64,000 bases of DNA from Limisphaerales bacterium (GCA_965657355.1 CBFHOE010000003.1:309520-373519); one strand, 5' to 3'; positions 51,519 to 62,803 are shown, counted from the stretch's first letter. The notes: generated from the letters alone by a model not told the origin. Made by a program: numbers and translations.

Positions 51519-54500
51519 ATGATATACAGCAAATGTTCCTCGTGTTTTTCTGCATTCAAAATTCAAGAATACAGAAACATCTTTTTTACCATATTCTCCG
51601 CCGCCTCCTGCCATAAATATTGGCGAGTATTTTTGTTTTTGTTTTTGTTCCAGGCATTACCCGAACGCCTTGTCGGTCAGGATATCTCAATCGATCTCGA
51701 TGGTCTTAATATCGATGAAGTGAGCGAGGGACACAAATCTCCCTATGTTGTTGAGTTTTTGTTCTCCCTAAAAAATAGCAATGGCAAAGCCATAATTGTC
51801 CCTACCGAGCAGATAAGATTGAGCCCATTTGAAAACGAAAGACCGCTAAACAGCCAGGAGAGTGGGGCAATCATCTTACCAGCGTATAATAAGCTCCTCG
51901 ACACCGTTGTCATTTCTGATTTTTCGGCCAGCATGACTTCACTTGGTTCTAATGCTGATGATGATCAGAATGGAATCTCAGATTCATTAGAATCCATGGA
52001 AGCAACCGTCTCCAGCTTTTTCCAATTGATGACTGAGGATGTGAAATCTTCTTTGGTTGAATTCCACAATGGACTCACTCCTCCAACTATTGTTTCTGAA
52101 ATGACTGATAGTCCTTCTATTCTTATCAACGGTCTAAACGGAATTAAAGATACGGTATTTAATGATTTTTCTGGTTCAACACGATTTTGGGATGCTCTAG
52201 ATACCGGCCTATCAGCTATGGATGCGGGAAGTTCAGGTACGGACGAAAAATATTTATTTCTTTTCTCTGACGGGGCTGATGAATCGAGTCTTATAAGTCC
52301 TTTGCAGGTTATTTCAAGAGCGGTCGATAATGGAGTCAAAGTCTTCACCACTCTCTACAATACTGGAGAACCTTTATCTGGTGACCATGCTCCGTTGGAA
52401 TTTCACGTCGATTCAACAAGCGCGAATATCCTCCCTGTCATCAAGGACTCGAATGACGAGATTTATAAATCAGGTGAGGCTAGACTCGTCATTACTAAAG
52501 ATGCTTTAGCTGCAATCCCGACTGGAGATCAATTTTCTTTTTTCGGTGAAACAGGCGGGCAGGTCTATATCCTCGACCCAGGAGAGGAACCGACCGAGCC
52601 AATTGTCAATTTTACTGTCTCAGAGGCTGGAACCGAAAATTTACAAGGTGGAGTCGTGGTCACTGAACTCGTTGATTTTTCTGGTCCTGGTGATTTTTGG
52701 TTATACGCAAACGGGGATAACGAAGATGCGTTTGTTTATATGAATACACTCGATGGACTGACCGAATCGGATGCTATTCAATTTGCGCCAGACCATACCC
52801 TTGAGCCATTTTGGGTCTTTTCCCAAAGCGGTCAGTACGAACTTGTATTCAATGTGTTTTCCTTCATTCCTGATGGAACACGAGTTGAAACAAAATACAA
52901 ACTTCTCGTCACGGTTGACGAGGATGTAGAACTATTAGATTCAGGCGCATTTAGCGCCAAGTTTACGTTTGACGGCACAGCCTGGAACCAGGCTCTTATA
53001 CATGATGGTCAGGAAATAGATCCCAATGAAAACATTGTTTACGTTGGTCCGGAGGCTCAAAGAATAATTGCGGATCCGTCAGAGTATCCATTTTATTCGG
53101 GAGAATCTCTCTTCGTCATAGATGGGAATGCTGTCTCACTTGGAGTGGATCTAAATGAAATCTCTCAAGGTTTTCTTTTGGATGAAAATGTGACCATCAA
53201 CCTTGTTGACTATTCGGGAGATGGTGAAATGTATGCTTGGGACTCTGATCCAAACAATTTGACTTTTGATACAAGTAATGGTCTCACATCCGTGACCCTT
53301 TTGGGTGGTAGTGTCTACCCACTGCAATGGGCATTCACTGAGCCAGGAGAGTATTCTTTTGGTTTCCAAGCTGTGTCCCAGACCATTGAACCAGATGAAC
53401 CCACAGAGGGAGGAACTATCAACGTTACGGTTAGAGTCGACCAGGACTTGAACGTTTTATTGGCTTCGGCCACTGGAGGTGAAATTTTTACCTCCAAAAC
53501 TTCCGACCAAATGCTAAATCGAGTTGAAGACATCATTTATAATCTTCAGGGGAGATACTTAGCGCGATGGTCCACTCTTAAAAGGGGTGAATCTCCTTTC
53601 GTTCCCTCGTTTAGACTTCAACTTCAAGGTCAGAAGGCATCCTATGAAGCTCCACCCGTTGTTCCATCATTACTCGATGGATCTATTCTAGAGGCAAACA
53701 TATTGTGGTCCGACGGTGTTAGTCCGGAAGGCGGCACATCGCTTACCATGAAGCTCGATTATGTTCCCCGTAATTTCCAAGGTATTCGTTTTACATATGC
53801 ATCAACGCATGATTTCGATCTGATACCAATTCCACTTGATCAGGGGGGACTACTACCAAACGATTGGGAAATAATTCACACGCATGAAAATGGAGTTGGC
53901 GCCGTCGAGGTGAAGGGTCCAATCATCAACGGGCGTCCATCCGTTTTGCCATTCTCATCAGCTGGTAAATTATTTCAATTACAGTTCTCCGAACTATTAT
54001 CTCTGGGATCTATCTTCTATGAATTTAATGTGACTCCGGTCAACCCAGCTAATTCTTTAAATTTTGAGAGCCAGCTGGATTTTCTAACTCCACGAACAGA
54101 GCTTATTTATGACACACCTGTAGATTGGCTCAACTTGTATGGTATCTCTGGGGATATTCCTGCACTTGTCATCGCCGAAAGGGGAGATCAAGACAATGAT
54201 GGCGTGCCCACTTGGCTGGAATATCGACTTGGGACTAATCCCACAGATGAAAATAGTGTGTTTAAATTTTTTGGTGTTTCTGATTCGGAAGGGCAGCCAA
54301 CGCTTTCATTCACAACGGAAAAGTTCATTCAATACCAAATTGAGTCTTCGACAGACCTCATCTCATGGGAATTAACGCAAACCATTGATGGGGTGGGTGG
54401 TATTTACAATTTTGTTGATACTTTGCCTGAAGGGGAAGACCACCGGTTTTACCGTATTTCAGTCGTTAGACCTGGATCTATTAGCCTTGATATTGAAGCT

Positions 54501-55334
54501 GAGTATGGCACCCCTGAAAATTCGGATTCATGGCTTTCCATCAAAAATTACCAGGGTAATTACGTAACAGTCGGCGTCGATGGAAAAATTGCTTTCAAGG
54601 CGGCTGACCAAGAAGAATGGCAATTTGTTCAATCTCCAACAACTAAGGCGCTATGGGATGTTGATTTCTTCAATGACCAATGGTTTGCCGTTGGAAACGC
54701 CGGAGTCGTTCTTCAAAGTTCCGATGGAATAACTTGGAAGCGGGCGGAAACACCTGACGTTCCTTTCTTGTGGAGCATTGCCAACAATGGGGAGCGCATT
54801 GTGGCTGTTGGTTATCGCGGTGGAGTAATTTCAAGCGACGATGGCGTTTCATGGATTGAGACTAATGTTTCAACACCCGATTTTTTAAGAAAAGTTATTT
54901 GGGACGGGAAAAGATTTATAGCCACTGGCGCGCAAGGTGTTTTGCTTTCCAGTGCAGATGGGCGTCGCTGGACCAGTATTAATACGCAGGTTTCTAATGC
55001 GCTTTATGACGTTGCCTACTCTGGCTCTAAATATGTTGTGACTGGAAGTGAAGGAACGATTCTTGTTGGTGAAAGTATCAACAATCTTTCAAAATCTTCC
55101 GCTGCCACTTCCACAGATCTTTACGCCGTATCCTGGTTAGGGGGTCGATTTGTCATAGGTGGTGAAAATGGGGTGCTTCTCCACTCTCAACTTGCTGCAG
55201 AGTGGGACGTCCAATTACCTGTCGAAGGAGTTTCCTCACCCATCTGGGCCTTTTCTCCCAATCAAGAGCAAACTTTTATCAAAGCGGTTGGATCAAACGG
55301 GTCCATACAAAATATCAGGTTTATACTTGAGTAG
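51519..55334 (+). CDS. Large secreted/surface protein: vWA domain, two surface-anchor-like (TIGR03769-like) repeats, beta-sandwich and YCF48-like propeller
   Basis: MIDAS DFSAS, T..WDAL and SDGAD; two 'L.DFSGPG/GDG...H/W.F...G.Y...F' repeats; acidic composition; repeated VAVG..G.I..S.DG..W. Confidence 0.75.
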   Translation: MIYSKCSSCFSAFKIQEYRNIFFTIFSAASCHKYWRVFLFLFLFQALPERLVGQDISIDLDGLNIDEVSEGHKSPYVVEFLFSLKNSNGKAIIVPTEQIRLSPFENERPLNSQESGAIILPAYNKLLDTVVISDFSASMTSLGSNADDDQNGISDSLESMEATVSSFFQLMTEDVKSSLVEFHNGLTPPTIVSEMTDSPSILINGLNGIKDTVFNDFSGSTRFWDALDTGLSAMDAGSSGTDEKYLFLFSDGADESSLISPLQVISRAVDNGVKVFTTLYNTGEPLSGDHAPLEFHVDSTSANILPVIKDSNDEIYKSGEARLVITKDALAAIPTGDQFSFFGETGGQVYILDPGEEPTEPIVNFTVSEAGTENLQGGVVVTELVDFSGPGDFWLYANGDNEDAFVYMNTLDGLTESDAIQFAPDHTLEPFWVFSQSGQYELVFNVFSFIPDGTRVETKYKLLVTVDEDVELLDSGAFSAKFTFDGTAWNQALIHDGQEIDPNENIVYVGPEAQRIIADPSEYPFYSGESLFVIDGNAVSLGVDLNEISQGFLLDENVTINLVDYSGDGEMYAWDSDPNNLTFDTSNGLTSVTLLGGSVYPLQWAFTEPGEYSFGFQAVSQTIEPDEPTEGGTINVTVRVDQDLNVLLASATGGEIFTSKTSDQMLNRVEDIIYNLQGRYLARWSTLKRGESPFVPSFRLQLQGQKASYEAPPVVPSLLDGSILEANILWSDGVSPEGGTSLTMKLDYVPRNFQGIRFTYASTHDFDLIPIPLDQGGLLPNDWEIIHTHENGVGAVEVKGPIINGRPSVLPFSSAGKLFQLQFSELLSLGSIFYEFNVTPVNPANSLNFESQLDFLTPRTELIYDTPVDWLNLYGISGDIPALVIAERGDQDNDGVPTWLEYRLGTNPTDENSVFKFFGVSDSEGQPTLSFTTEKFIQYQIESSTDLISWELTQTIDGVGGIYNFVDTLPEGEDHRFYRISVVRPGSISLDIEAEYGTPENSDSWLSIKNYQGNYVTVGVDGKIAFKAADQEEWQFVQSPTTKALWDVDFFNDQWFAVGNAGVVLQSSDGITWKRAETPDVPFLWSIANNGERIVAVGYRGGVISSDDGVSWIETNVSTPDFLRKVIWDGKRFIATGAQGVLLSSADGRRWTSINTQVSNALYDVAYSGSKYVVTGSEGTILVGESINNLSKSSAATSTDLYAVSWLGGRFVIGGENGVLLHSQLAAEWDVQLPVEGVSSPIWAFSPNQEQTFIKAVGSNGSIQNIRFILE

Positions 55335-55364
55335 GCACTCCAATCGGATAGGGACTTTTTCTTA

Positions 55365-55409
55365 TTAAAATAATATAAAAGGGCGGCTTGAGATATTCAG
55401 GCCGCCCTT
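55365..55409 (-). terminator. Rho-independent terminator between convergent genes
   Basis: AAGGGCGGCTTGA-gatat-TCAGGCCGCCCTT with a T-rich tail on the minus strand. Confidence 0.8.
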
Positions 55410-55435
55410 CGCTTTAAAAGAATAATACGTTTAAT

Positions 55436-56092
55436 TCATTTGGTCTTTTTAGTGACCCAATCGAATTTAACAACGACCTCATCGCCGGTTTTAATTAACC
55501 CAAGTGCCACTTTCGGTGCTGGAGGTTTCATGGCAAAATCAGTCATCTTAACCTTGGTTTCTCCGGAGATTTTCAATTTGTCTCCCTTTTGGGATTCAAT
55601 CTTTACCGGAAATTTTACCAGCTTAGAGACCCCGGCAACTTTCAACGTACCGACCGAATCAAATAATAAGGGCGTTCCATTTTTCCTGGGTTTCTTGGAC
55701 GGCTTGAGTGATAGCAGTTTGTATTGTGCTTCAGGATGCTTGTCGCGCCTCATTGTAGCATGCATCACTTCATCCATTCTCTTTTTGCCGCTCAAAATCA
55801 TTCTTACCGGAATACTTATATCAACTTTTGGTTGAACTTTTATATCTTCAGGAAGCTGAGTATTCATATCGAGCGGGAAATTCGCATCGAATTCGATTGT
55901 TCCTTTGATGATCTTTGCCGTAACCGTCCAATCATGGACGGTGGAGGTTCCATCAATGGATAATTTACTCCCGAAAACACCCTTATATTTCACACCGGGT
56001 TTTTGGTTGCCCTTTTCTTGAGCTTGGCTCCCAATGAAAGATCCAATGGCTAGTAGCATGGCTACTGAATATAATTTGATACGTCTCATCAT
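55436..56092 (-). CDS. YceI-family protein
   Basis: Signal peptide; I.GTST.HDW, G.L..AGV.K.V and MTDF.M.PP...G...TGDEV.V.F. Confidence 0.85.
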   Translation of the reverse strand: MMRRIKLYSVAMLLAIGSFIGSQAQEKGNQKPGVKYKGVFGSKLSIDGTSTVHDWTVTAKIIKGTIEFDANFPLDMNTQLPEDIKVQPKVDISIPVRMILSGKKRMDEVMHATMRRDKHPEAQYKLLSLKPSKKPRKNGTPLLFDSVGTLKVAGVSKLVKFPVKIESQKGDKLKISGETKVKMTDFAMKPPAPKVALGLIKTGDEVVVKFDWVTKKTK

Positions 56093-56133
56093 AATAAATT
56101 CTAATAAGTTAAAGTTACAATGGCAGTTTAAAT

Positions 56134-57504
56134 TCAGACAGACAGCGACTCAGGTGTGATTTCGATTTTCTTTCTTTGTTGTATGGCCTGATTTGCTTGA
56201 ATCGCAATACTAGTTGCACGATGTCCTTCTTCTGGTCCTGCGGCTGGTAATTGGCTGCCAGAGGAAATATCGGATAAATATTCTGCTAACGATTCGGGAT
56301 CGGGTTCACCAAATGCATCTATAAAGTCCTCTACAGCAGATTTCCTCAGATAGGCATTGGTAAGAAATGTTTCTAACGCGTAATAAAGAGCTGTTTGTTC
56401 ATTTGAGCTGCTTGTAGCGTCTTGGTCCTGTGTCGTCAACTTGGTTGCATTAGCGGCCAGATAAATGCCCGTCTCTTTGTAAAAAACATCCTTCCTGGCA
56501 TAAACTTCCCAGCCGAGCAGGGGCGCATCCGTTTCCTTGAACATCCATGATTTATCATCTCTGAACATTATGGCGCAGTCTGTCCCGTAATACATATCGT
56601 AGGTTGCATCGAACGAGTTTCCAATAGTCCCTGAGAAGTCGTAAGTTTTTCCGTCTGAAAATTCAAATATCGCCTTGAATGTATCTTCTACATCGCGACC
56701 ATCCTTCCATTGGTGTATTCCCCCAAAGCCGGTGACAGATACCGGCTCTTTGTCGAGAAACCAAAGGGCATTATCAATTTGATGAATTCCCAATTCTGAA
56801 ATTAAGCCGGCAGAGTGCTGCTTTTGTATGGGCCAGTTTAGTTCATTCTCACGTGCTCCATTTGGAGAAACCCGGCGCATGCTGGTTTTCTTGTGCCACT
56901 GAGATCGAGAAGTTACTGGATTACCCAAGGCCCCGGACCGGATGAAATCAACCAAGAACCACCTTTGTGGCTCTGATCGAAGTTGGAGTCCTGTTTGGAA
57001 GTAAATCTGGTTGTTTTTCTTTGCAGCCCGACAAATTTCTTTCGATTCTTCGACTGTATTGGAAATGGGGGCTTCCAGATAAATATGTTTATTCGCTTTA
57101 ATCGCGGCAAGAGTGATTTGTTTATGCTGATGAGTTGGTGTGGCTATAATCACTGCATCCACTTTATCGTCTTTGAGCAGATCTTGATGGTTATCATACT
57201 TTGCAGCCTTGGGTGCCAACCTTCCAGCTCGTCTCAACCAAGCCGGGTATTTTTCGCAAATAGCCGTAATTTTGGCATTTTTAAGTCTATTTAGGTTGGC
57301 AATAATCGCTCTCCCCTGAACCCCGCATCCAATAACCCCTATGTTCACCGGGTTATCAATATCCAGACTTGAGGTATCATAATCCTCTTGAGCCAAAACC
57401 TTTCCAGAACCCATTACTAATGCCATGGAGGCCATTGACGTTCCGCGGATAAAATCTCTTCTGTTTAGATGCTGCTGAAGTTTTTCAATAATTTCCTGTT
57501 TCAT
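56134..57504 (-). CDS. Tat-exported Gfo/Idh/MocA oxidoreductase
   Basis: NRRDFIR signal, IGVIGCG.QG, IATPTH.H and E..IHQID. Confidence 0.88.
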   Translation of the reverse strand: MKQEIIEKLQQHLNRRDFIRGTSMASMALVMGSGKVLAQEDYDTSSLDIDNPVNIGVIGCGVQGRAIIANLNRLKNAKITAICEKYPAWLRRAGRLAPKAAKYDNHQDLLKDDKVDAVIIATPTHQHKQITLAAIKANKHIYLEAPISNTVEESKEICRAAKKNNQIYFQTGLQLRSEPQRWFLVDFIRSGALGNPVTSRSQWHKKTSMRRVSPNGARENELNWPIQKQHSAGLISELGIHQIDNALWFLDKEPVSVTGFGGIHQWKDGRDVEDTFKAIFEFSDGKTYDFSGTIGNSFDATYDMYYGTDCAIMFRDDKSWMFKETDAPLLGWEVYARKDVFYKETGIYLAANATKLTTQDQDATSSSNEQTALYYALETFLTNAYLRKSAVEDFIDAFGEPDPESLAEYLSDISSGSQLPAAGPEEGHRATSIAIQANQAIQQRKKIEITPESLSV

Positions 57505-57708
57505 GGATCTAGTCTTCCATCATATAACTCAATTAATAAAAGGCAATCACATCTCATAAAGTCTCTTTCACCCTATGACTTTTAATCAGACGTTTATTTA
57601 AGAGATAACATTCAGATCATTTTCAACTTAATGCTTGCTTCATTAATTTAGTAGTGCCATTTTGACTCTACAAGCGGCTTTGTTTTTTTTATGACTCAAT
57701 GAAAGCCA

Positions 57709-58965
57709 ATGAGCAACAAGGGTAACATAAGTTTTATTTCAAAGGTTTTGGGTAACTTGGACCGTTTGGACAGGAACGGTATTGAGACTTTTGTAAAGAA
57801 ATTGGCTCGCGAAAGAAGTCTGCTAGACACCCTTTTTCACGTTATCGAGGATGGTGTTTTAGTTTTAGATGCTGAGGGGAAAGCAATTTATTTAAATGAC
57901 GCCATCTCGAGAATATTAGGCGTTCCCGGGGAGTCCATTGAAGGGCAGCATCTCACTGAGTTTTTATCGGAAGCTGATTGGGAACGGCTTTCTAACATGG
58001 ATAAATCCGGCGATAATCCAGTTCTGAGGGTCGAGTTTGAAATCAAATTTCCCAGACCACGGTTTTTGCGAATGTATGCCGCTCCGCTTGATAATGACCC
58101 TGGTGAGGATACGGGATTAGCTTTGGTTCTCCAGGACGTCACAGAGGATAGGCAAAAGACTTTTGAAGCGATAGAAAGTGAGCGTATTCAGGCGCTGACT
58201 TTACTTGCTGGCAGCGTTGCCCATGAGTTGGGCAATCCGCTCAATGCTCTTTATTTACATCTACAACTTATTGAGAGGGATTTGGCAAAATTACATAAGT
58301 CGGTAGATCAAATTCTGGCTGGTAGCCACAAGCCAATCGAAGAGTATAATTTCGGGAAAAGGGATCCCAAACTTCTCGCCGGTAAATTGGAGAATTACAT
58401 CAAAGTAGCCACCGGAGAAGTCACGAGGTTGGACTATATTGTGACACAGTTTTTGCAAACGATTCGATCCGGGGCCCCCAAGCTACAGATGGCTAGCCTC
58501 AATGATGTTGTCGATGCAACCATTGAACTCCTAGGACCTGAGATTGATAACAGAGGCCAGGAAATCATATTGAAATTGGACCCGGGCCTGCAGGAAAGCG
58601 AATTTGATCCGGCTCAAATCCAGCAGATTCTGATCAACCTCATAAAAAATGCCATGCATTCGATGAGTACAGGTGGGATTTTGACAATCTCTACCGGAAC
58701 CCGCGAACAAGGGGTCTGGATCTCTGTGTCTGATACAGGGCACGGTATCCCGCAGGATAAAATTAATCGTATTTTTGAACCTTATTTTTCCACTCGTGAG
58801 AAAGGAACAGGCTTGGGGCTTATGCTCGTTAATAGAATTATTCAGGACCACTCCGGTAGGATTGAAATAGAAAGCCCGCCCGGAAAAGGGGCCACTTTTA
58901 GAATTTGGCTGCCGATGAACGACCCGAGCCCCAGGCTCCTTAATAATCCGAGTGAGTCCTTGTAA
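57709..58965 (+). CDS. PAS-domain sensor histidine kinase (NtrB/PilS-like, cytoplasmic)
   Basis: PAS domain, H-box AHELGNPL, N-box NLIKNA, D.G.GI, F.PYFST and GTGLGL. Confidence 0.93.
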   Translation: MSNKGNISFISKVLGNLDRLDRNGIETFVKKLARERSLLDTLFHVIEDGVLVLDAEGKAIYLNDAISRILGVPGESIEGQHLTEFLSEADWERLSNMDKSGDNPVLRVEFEIKFPRPRFLRMYAAPLDNDPGEDTGLALVLQDVTEDRQKTFEAIESERIQALTLLAGSVAHELGNPLNALYLHLQLIERDLAKLHKSVDQILAGSHKPIEEYNFGKRDPKLLAGKLENYIKVATGEVTRLDYIVTQFLQTIRSGAPKLQMASLNDVVDATIELLGPEIDNRGQEIILKLDPGLQESEFDPAQIQQILINLIKNAMHSMSTGGILTISTGTREQGVWISVSDTGHGIPQDKINRIFEPYFSTREKGTGLGLMLVNRIIQDHSGRIEIESPPGKGATFRIWLPMNDPSPRLLNNPSESL

Positions 58966-59000
58966 ATTAATTGAATAAAACAAAGACCTTTCAGACTAAC

Positions 59001-60410
59001 ATGGATTCATTGCCCTTACTTTTAATCGTTGATGATGAAAAACCTACACGCGAAGGCTTACGAGCTGCCTTGGAAGATGACTACGATATCTATGCTGTAG
59101 AAGATGCTGAATCCGCATATCGGCTTCTCGAGGAAAATAAATTTCAGGTTTTGCTTTCAGACTTCAGACTGCCCAAAGAAGATGGCATTCATCTCATAAA
59201 AAGGGCCAAATCCTTACCCGTGCCTCCCGTGTGCCTTCTCATGACGGCATATGGGTCGGAGGAAGTAGCAGCTGAGGCTATCCGGGAAGGTGCCGACGAC
59301 TATATGTCCAAAGGCAAGCTTCAAATTGATTTACTCAGAAACCGGATAAACAAGCTTCTCAAATCGAATCGACTGCAAGAAGAGAACAGCCAACTCAAAA
59401 AACAGTTGGATAAAAAGTTTGGTATCAAAAATATCATTGGTGAGTCCTCCGCAATGAAGGAAATTTTTGAAGTTATTCAGCAAGTGGCACCAACACGGGC
59501 CACCGTTCTCATCCAAGGCCAAAACGGGACAGGCAAAGAAATGATTGCGAAAGCTGTTCATAACAACAGCCCCAGATCCTCAAACCCGCTTATCACAGTG
59601 CATTGCGCGGCACTCACCGCCAATCTTTTGGAAAGTGAACTTTTTGGGCACGAAAAAGGCGCTTTCACAGGTGCTCATGAAAGAAGGATTGGGCGATTCG
59701 AAGAAGCTCATGGTGGGACTCTTTTTCTCGATGAAATAGGTGAGATAGATCACGTCACACAAGTGAAATTGCTAAGGTTTTTGGGCGAGAGAACTTTCGA
59801 AAGAGTCGGCTCAAATAAAACTATCAAGGTGGATGTCAGGCTCATTGCAGCGACAAATAAAAACCTGATTGATATGGTGAGGAATGGAAGTTTTCGTGAA
59901 GATTTGTATTTCCGATTACGTGTGGTTGAGATATTGATGCCAAATTTATACGACAGGCTTGAAGATGTTCCCCTTTTGGCGGATGCCTTTCTCAAGGAAT
60001 TTTCCAAAGAAAATGGTAAAAATATCAAAGGGTTTTCAAACGAAGCCATGGATGCATTACTTTCTCACAGCTGGCCAGGAAACGTCCGAGAGCTGAGATT
60101 CGCAGTGGAGCGAGCCGTCATCATGACACGAGGATATGAGATCGCTTTGAGAGATTTGCCTGGAGAAATTTGTCAATCATCAACTGGACAATCTGTCTCT
60201 GATCGAGCAACCTTAGGGAGTGATCAATTGAAGCCATCGGGAGTGATCGATTCCAACGCCACCCAGACCGTTCAAGACGCTGAAAGACAGCTTATCATCC
60301 GTGCTTTGCAAGAATCGGGTGGAAATAGGACGGTCGCTGCTCAGAAAATTGGAATGAGCCGTCGAACTCTCCATCGAAAACTCCATAAATATAACCTGGA
60401 AGGTTTCTAA
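59001..60410 (+). CDS. Sigma54-dependent response regulator (NtrC family)
   Basis: Receiver domain (VDDE...), Walker A GQNGTGKE, ESELFGHEKGAFTGA, WPGNVREL and Fis-type HTH. Confidence 0.95.
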   Translation: MDSLPLLLIVDDEKPTREGLRAALEDDYDIYAVEDAESAYRLLEENKFQVLLSDFRLPKEDGIHLIKRAKSLPVPPVCLLMTAYGSEEVAAEAIREGADDYMSKGKLQIDLLRNRINKLLKSNRLQEENSQLKKQLDKKFGIKNIIGESSAMKEIFEVIQQVAPTRATVLIQGQNGTGKEMIAKAVHNNSPRSSNPLITVHCAALTANLLESELFGHEKGAFTGAHERRIGRFEEAHGGTLFLDEIGEIDHVTQVKLLRFLGERTFERVGSNKTIKVDVRLIAATNKNLIDMVRNGSFREDLYFRLRVVEILMPNLYDRLEDVPLLADAFLKEFSKENGKNIKGFSNEAMDALLSHSWPGNVRELRFAVERAVIMTRGYEIALRDLPGEICQSSTGQSVSDRATLGSDQLKPSGVIDSNATQTVQDAERQLIIRALQESGGNRTVAAQKIGMSRRTLHRKLHKYNLEGF

Positions 60411-60435
60411 AAAGTCAATTTCCACAAATTAATAT

Positions 60436-62481
60436 ATGCCTAAAATTCAAGAATGGATTTATCAGCTGGAGGAGGGTCAATTTGGCCGAGTGTTTCAAAT
60501 TGTAGTCGTCGGCGTTGCGCTGCTAGTACTTGCTGTCATCTTCCATCTTCGAGAATATACAAATCTATCCCATCCTTCGGCAATGGATATGGCACAGGTT
60601 GGAAGAAGTATCCAACAAGGCGAGGGATTCTCCACTAAAAATGTGCGTCCCTTCGCCATTTACATGGTGGATCGTCAGCACGTCAAAAAGAATAGAAATT
60701 CTACCAGTGGCTCTGGCAATGAGGGAAATGAGAGTAAGCTGGCCCAAAGCGCTGGCTCTCAGGATTCCTTTCCCGCCAGTCAAAAATTTTTAAGTCAGGA
60801 AAAGTTTCCTGACCTATCGCACCCACCTCTTTATCCACTCTTCTTATCAGGTCTCTTCAATATATTGCCCTTCGACCACAATTTAGACCTAAACGACAAT
60901 AATTCATTCATAGCTGGTAAATTCCGATATCAGCCTGAAGTGCTTTTGAGTATTGTGCAGACTTTCTTCCTTGTTCTTGCTGTCGCTTTGACCTTTCTTG
61001 TCGCTTTTCAACTATTCGATGGCCGGGTCGCTGCCCTCAGCGCAGTGGTCATGCTTCTGCATAACTATTTTTGGAGTTCCATTTTTTCTGGTTTGCCAAC
61101 TTTGATTCTTGTCAATCTGACCTTATTGCTTGGATTTTTCCTTTCCGTTGCCGCTGGGAAGTGGGAGAGCCTCGCCAACGAGTTGGCTTCGCATCTGCCT
61201 GGGGCGCCACTGGAGCTTAAAGAAGATTTCATTCATTCAATTATCCTCATGACCTTAGCTGGATTGGTCATGGGGATCGGCGGGCTCATAGATTATTGCT
61301 ACCTATGGTTAATCGTTCCCACTATTGCTTTTGCTATTTTCTGTGCGCCTCGTTGGAAGATTGCTTTATCTGTAATTCCCCTCTGCGTTGCCATGCTCGT
61401 CATGGCTCCATGGTTTATAAGAAATATGGATCTCACCGGTAACCCTTTTGGTATTGCTGGCCATTCAGTCTTCCAATCGACTCAGGCCTTTCCCTACAAT
61501 TCGTTGGACTCACAGCTTTCCCCTGACTCCGGTGCCTTTACCATCGAACTTATCGCCAAAAAGTTTGTTGCTGGATTGGGTGATTCCTTAGATAGAGCTC
61601 TGGGATCTGTTGGGGGCCTGATGGTCGTGGCATTTTTCCTGGTGGGCTTATTCCTCCCTTTCAGATCAGCTAAGTTAAACCATTTAAGGTATTGGACGCT
61701 GGTTTCTTTCGGGATTTTGATTGCTGTCAGTTCGCTTGTTTTTGTGAACTATGGTTCGATGGATACCATAGCAACCCCTTATGAATTAGCTTCCTGGCTT
61801 AGTCCATTTATTGTCATATTCTCTGTGGGGTGCTTTTTTGTGGTCACGGATCAAATAGAATTAGAGCTCGTCCCTATGAGAAGAGTTTTCCCTATCATTT
61901 TTGCATTATTGGCTGCCTTGCCATTGGTCTGGACTGTTTTACCGCCTAGCCGACTGACGGCACTTCCATTAATGAATACACCAGGTCGGATTTCGCCCTC
62001 TGATTCAGCTATAGCTCCGTATGACATTTTCAAAATGCAATCCATTGGGTCGTGGTTTAGAGGGGGCTCCTCCTCAAATGATCGCCAAAATTCTGACGAG
62101 ACACAGGCCTTGGGTGCTCAAGCTAAGGCGTCTGAAATGATTATGACGGATATGCCCTGGGCATACGCTTGGTATGCGAACAAACCTGCTTTCGCCATAG
62201 CTTCAACTCAAAGGGAAGAGTCCATAATTCACCTTGGTCTCAGAAGAGTGCATGGTCTCTATTTAACAGAAATGTCTTTGATGAAATCTTTTGACGAAGT
62301 CTTTAGTATCCGCAATGGCGGTTGGTCAAATCTCATCCAATCGATTCTTTTGGAAGGCAAAGCCCCCAATGACTTTCACATGATACACACCCCATACTTG
62401 CTGAGGACTAAAACTAAAGAAGGGTATCCTATGCTAGCCAATCAAATATTTTTGGCATCCTACCCCAGATGGCCATGGTAG
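60436..62481 (+). CDS. Polytopic membrane glycosyltransferase (ArnT/PMT, GT-C-like)
   Basis: 'AMD.AQ.GR....G.GF.T', 'PPLYP', ~12 TM helices and 'PW..RN...TG'. Confidence 0.7.
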   Translation: MPKIQEWIYQLEEGQFGRVFQIVVVGVALLVLAVIFHLREYTNLSHPSAMDMAQVGRSIQQGEGFSTKNVRPFAIYMVDRQHVKKNRNSTSGSGNEGNESKLAQSAGSQDSFPASQKFLSQEKFPDLSHPPLYPLFLSGLFNILPFDHNLDLNDNNSFIAGKFRYQPEVLLSIVQTFFLVLAVALTFLVAFQLFDGRVAALSAVVMLLHNYFWSSIFSGLPTLILVNLTLLLGFFLSVAAGKWESLANELASHLPGAPLELKEDFIHSIILMTLAGLVMGIGGLIDYCYLWLIVPTIAFAIFCAPRWKIALSVIPLCVAMLVMAPWFIRNMDLTGNPFGIAGHSVFQSTQAFPYNSLDSQLSPDSGAFTIELIAKKFVAGLGDSLDRALGSVGGLMVVAFFLVGLFLPFRSAKLNHLRYWTLVSFGILIAVSSLVFVNYGSMDTIATPYELASWLSPFIVIFSVGCFFVVTDQIELELVPMRRVFPIIFALLAALPLVWTVLPPSRLTALPLMNTPGRISPSDSAIAPYDIFKMQSIGSWFRGGSSSNDRQNSDETQALGAQAKASEMIMTDMPWAYAWYANKPAFAIASTQREESIIHLGLRRVHGLYLTEMSLMKSFDEVFSIRNGGWSNLIQSILLEGKAPNDFHMIHTPYLLRTKTKEGYPMLANQIFLASYPRWPW

Positions 62482-62803
62482 TTAGGTCTCTGATAATCTT
62501 TGAAAATCGACGCTCAGCCATCGGGGTGTCCGCTACCCTTTCCGTCAGATCAGTAAATACCTCAATAAATTGGCACGGTCGGGTTGAAAATGGCCCCAAA
62601 TAGCATAAAATTAATCGAAACCAATAAAAATACTGGATTTTATCATGTCATGACACCGGTAGCCTCATTTGGCTCAAAAATTAAGCGTCCAATGCTGTAG
62701 TTTATAGATTTCTGTTTGACATGGACCTCTTCACTGGATTATCAATAATAACACACAGATGCGATCTGGAATGCCAGATTTTCAGGATTTAAAATACTAG
62801 ACT

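Noticed and set aside
62571..62588. TGGCACG, a possible sigma54 -24 box near the NtrC-like gene
   Set aside because: No GC at the -12 position.
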